The position numbers and the translations under genes are program-made. Positions 63,971-64,000 of a stretch of DNA of 64,000 nt are shown piece after piece (position 1 is the first letter of the stretch; each line of letters opens with the position of its first letter). Origin of the DNA: Camelus dromedarius (taxonomy: Eukaryota); contig NC_087447.1 in assembly GCF_036321535.1 (NCBI RefSeq), positions 38,442,001-38,506,000 of the forward strand, given 5' to 3'. The notes below the pieces were generated by a model. The model had not been told where the DNA came from. It made no database searches and worked only from the letters and a program-made list of their open reading frames with translations.

Positions 63971-64000
63971 TGTTCTCTTTCCATTCGTTCTGCCACTTTT

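Overview
Mammalian genomic DNA (AT-rich, CpG-poor, dense in old L1/L2/MIR/DNA-transposon relics) holding the 3' part of RRAS2 (TC21) on the + strand. The window covers the last ~45.8 kb of intron 1, coding exons 2-6 (45806-45893, 46782-46884, 47061-47169, 57076-57194, 58991-59078), the 3' UTR with a distal ATTAAA at 60454, and ~3.5 kb of downstream repeats. Exon 1 (codons 1-36) lies upstream of the window. The spliced exons give an uninterrupted frame for residues 37-204 ending in CVIF. A tRNA-derived vic-1-like SINE and young cetartiodactyl-type L1 3' ends suggest a camelid (inference). None of the supplied ORFs is a credible gene. I found no convincing new biological system. The best leads are a candidate unassigned solo LTR with a 55-bp internal duplication (24249-24856), a regenerated splice donor at the start of exon 5, a candidate poison exon and AG|GT ratchet sites in intron 1, a CTCF-like palindrome at ~40.1 kb, and 3' UTR elements. 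Repeat family names come from recalled consensus sequences, and boundaries of old repeats are approximate.
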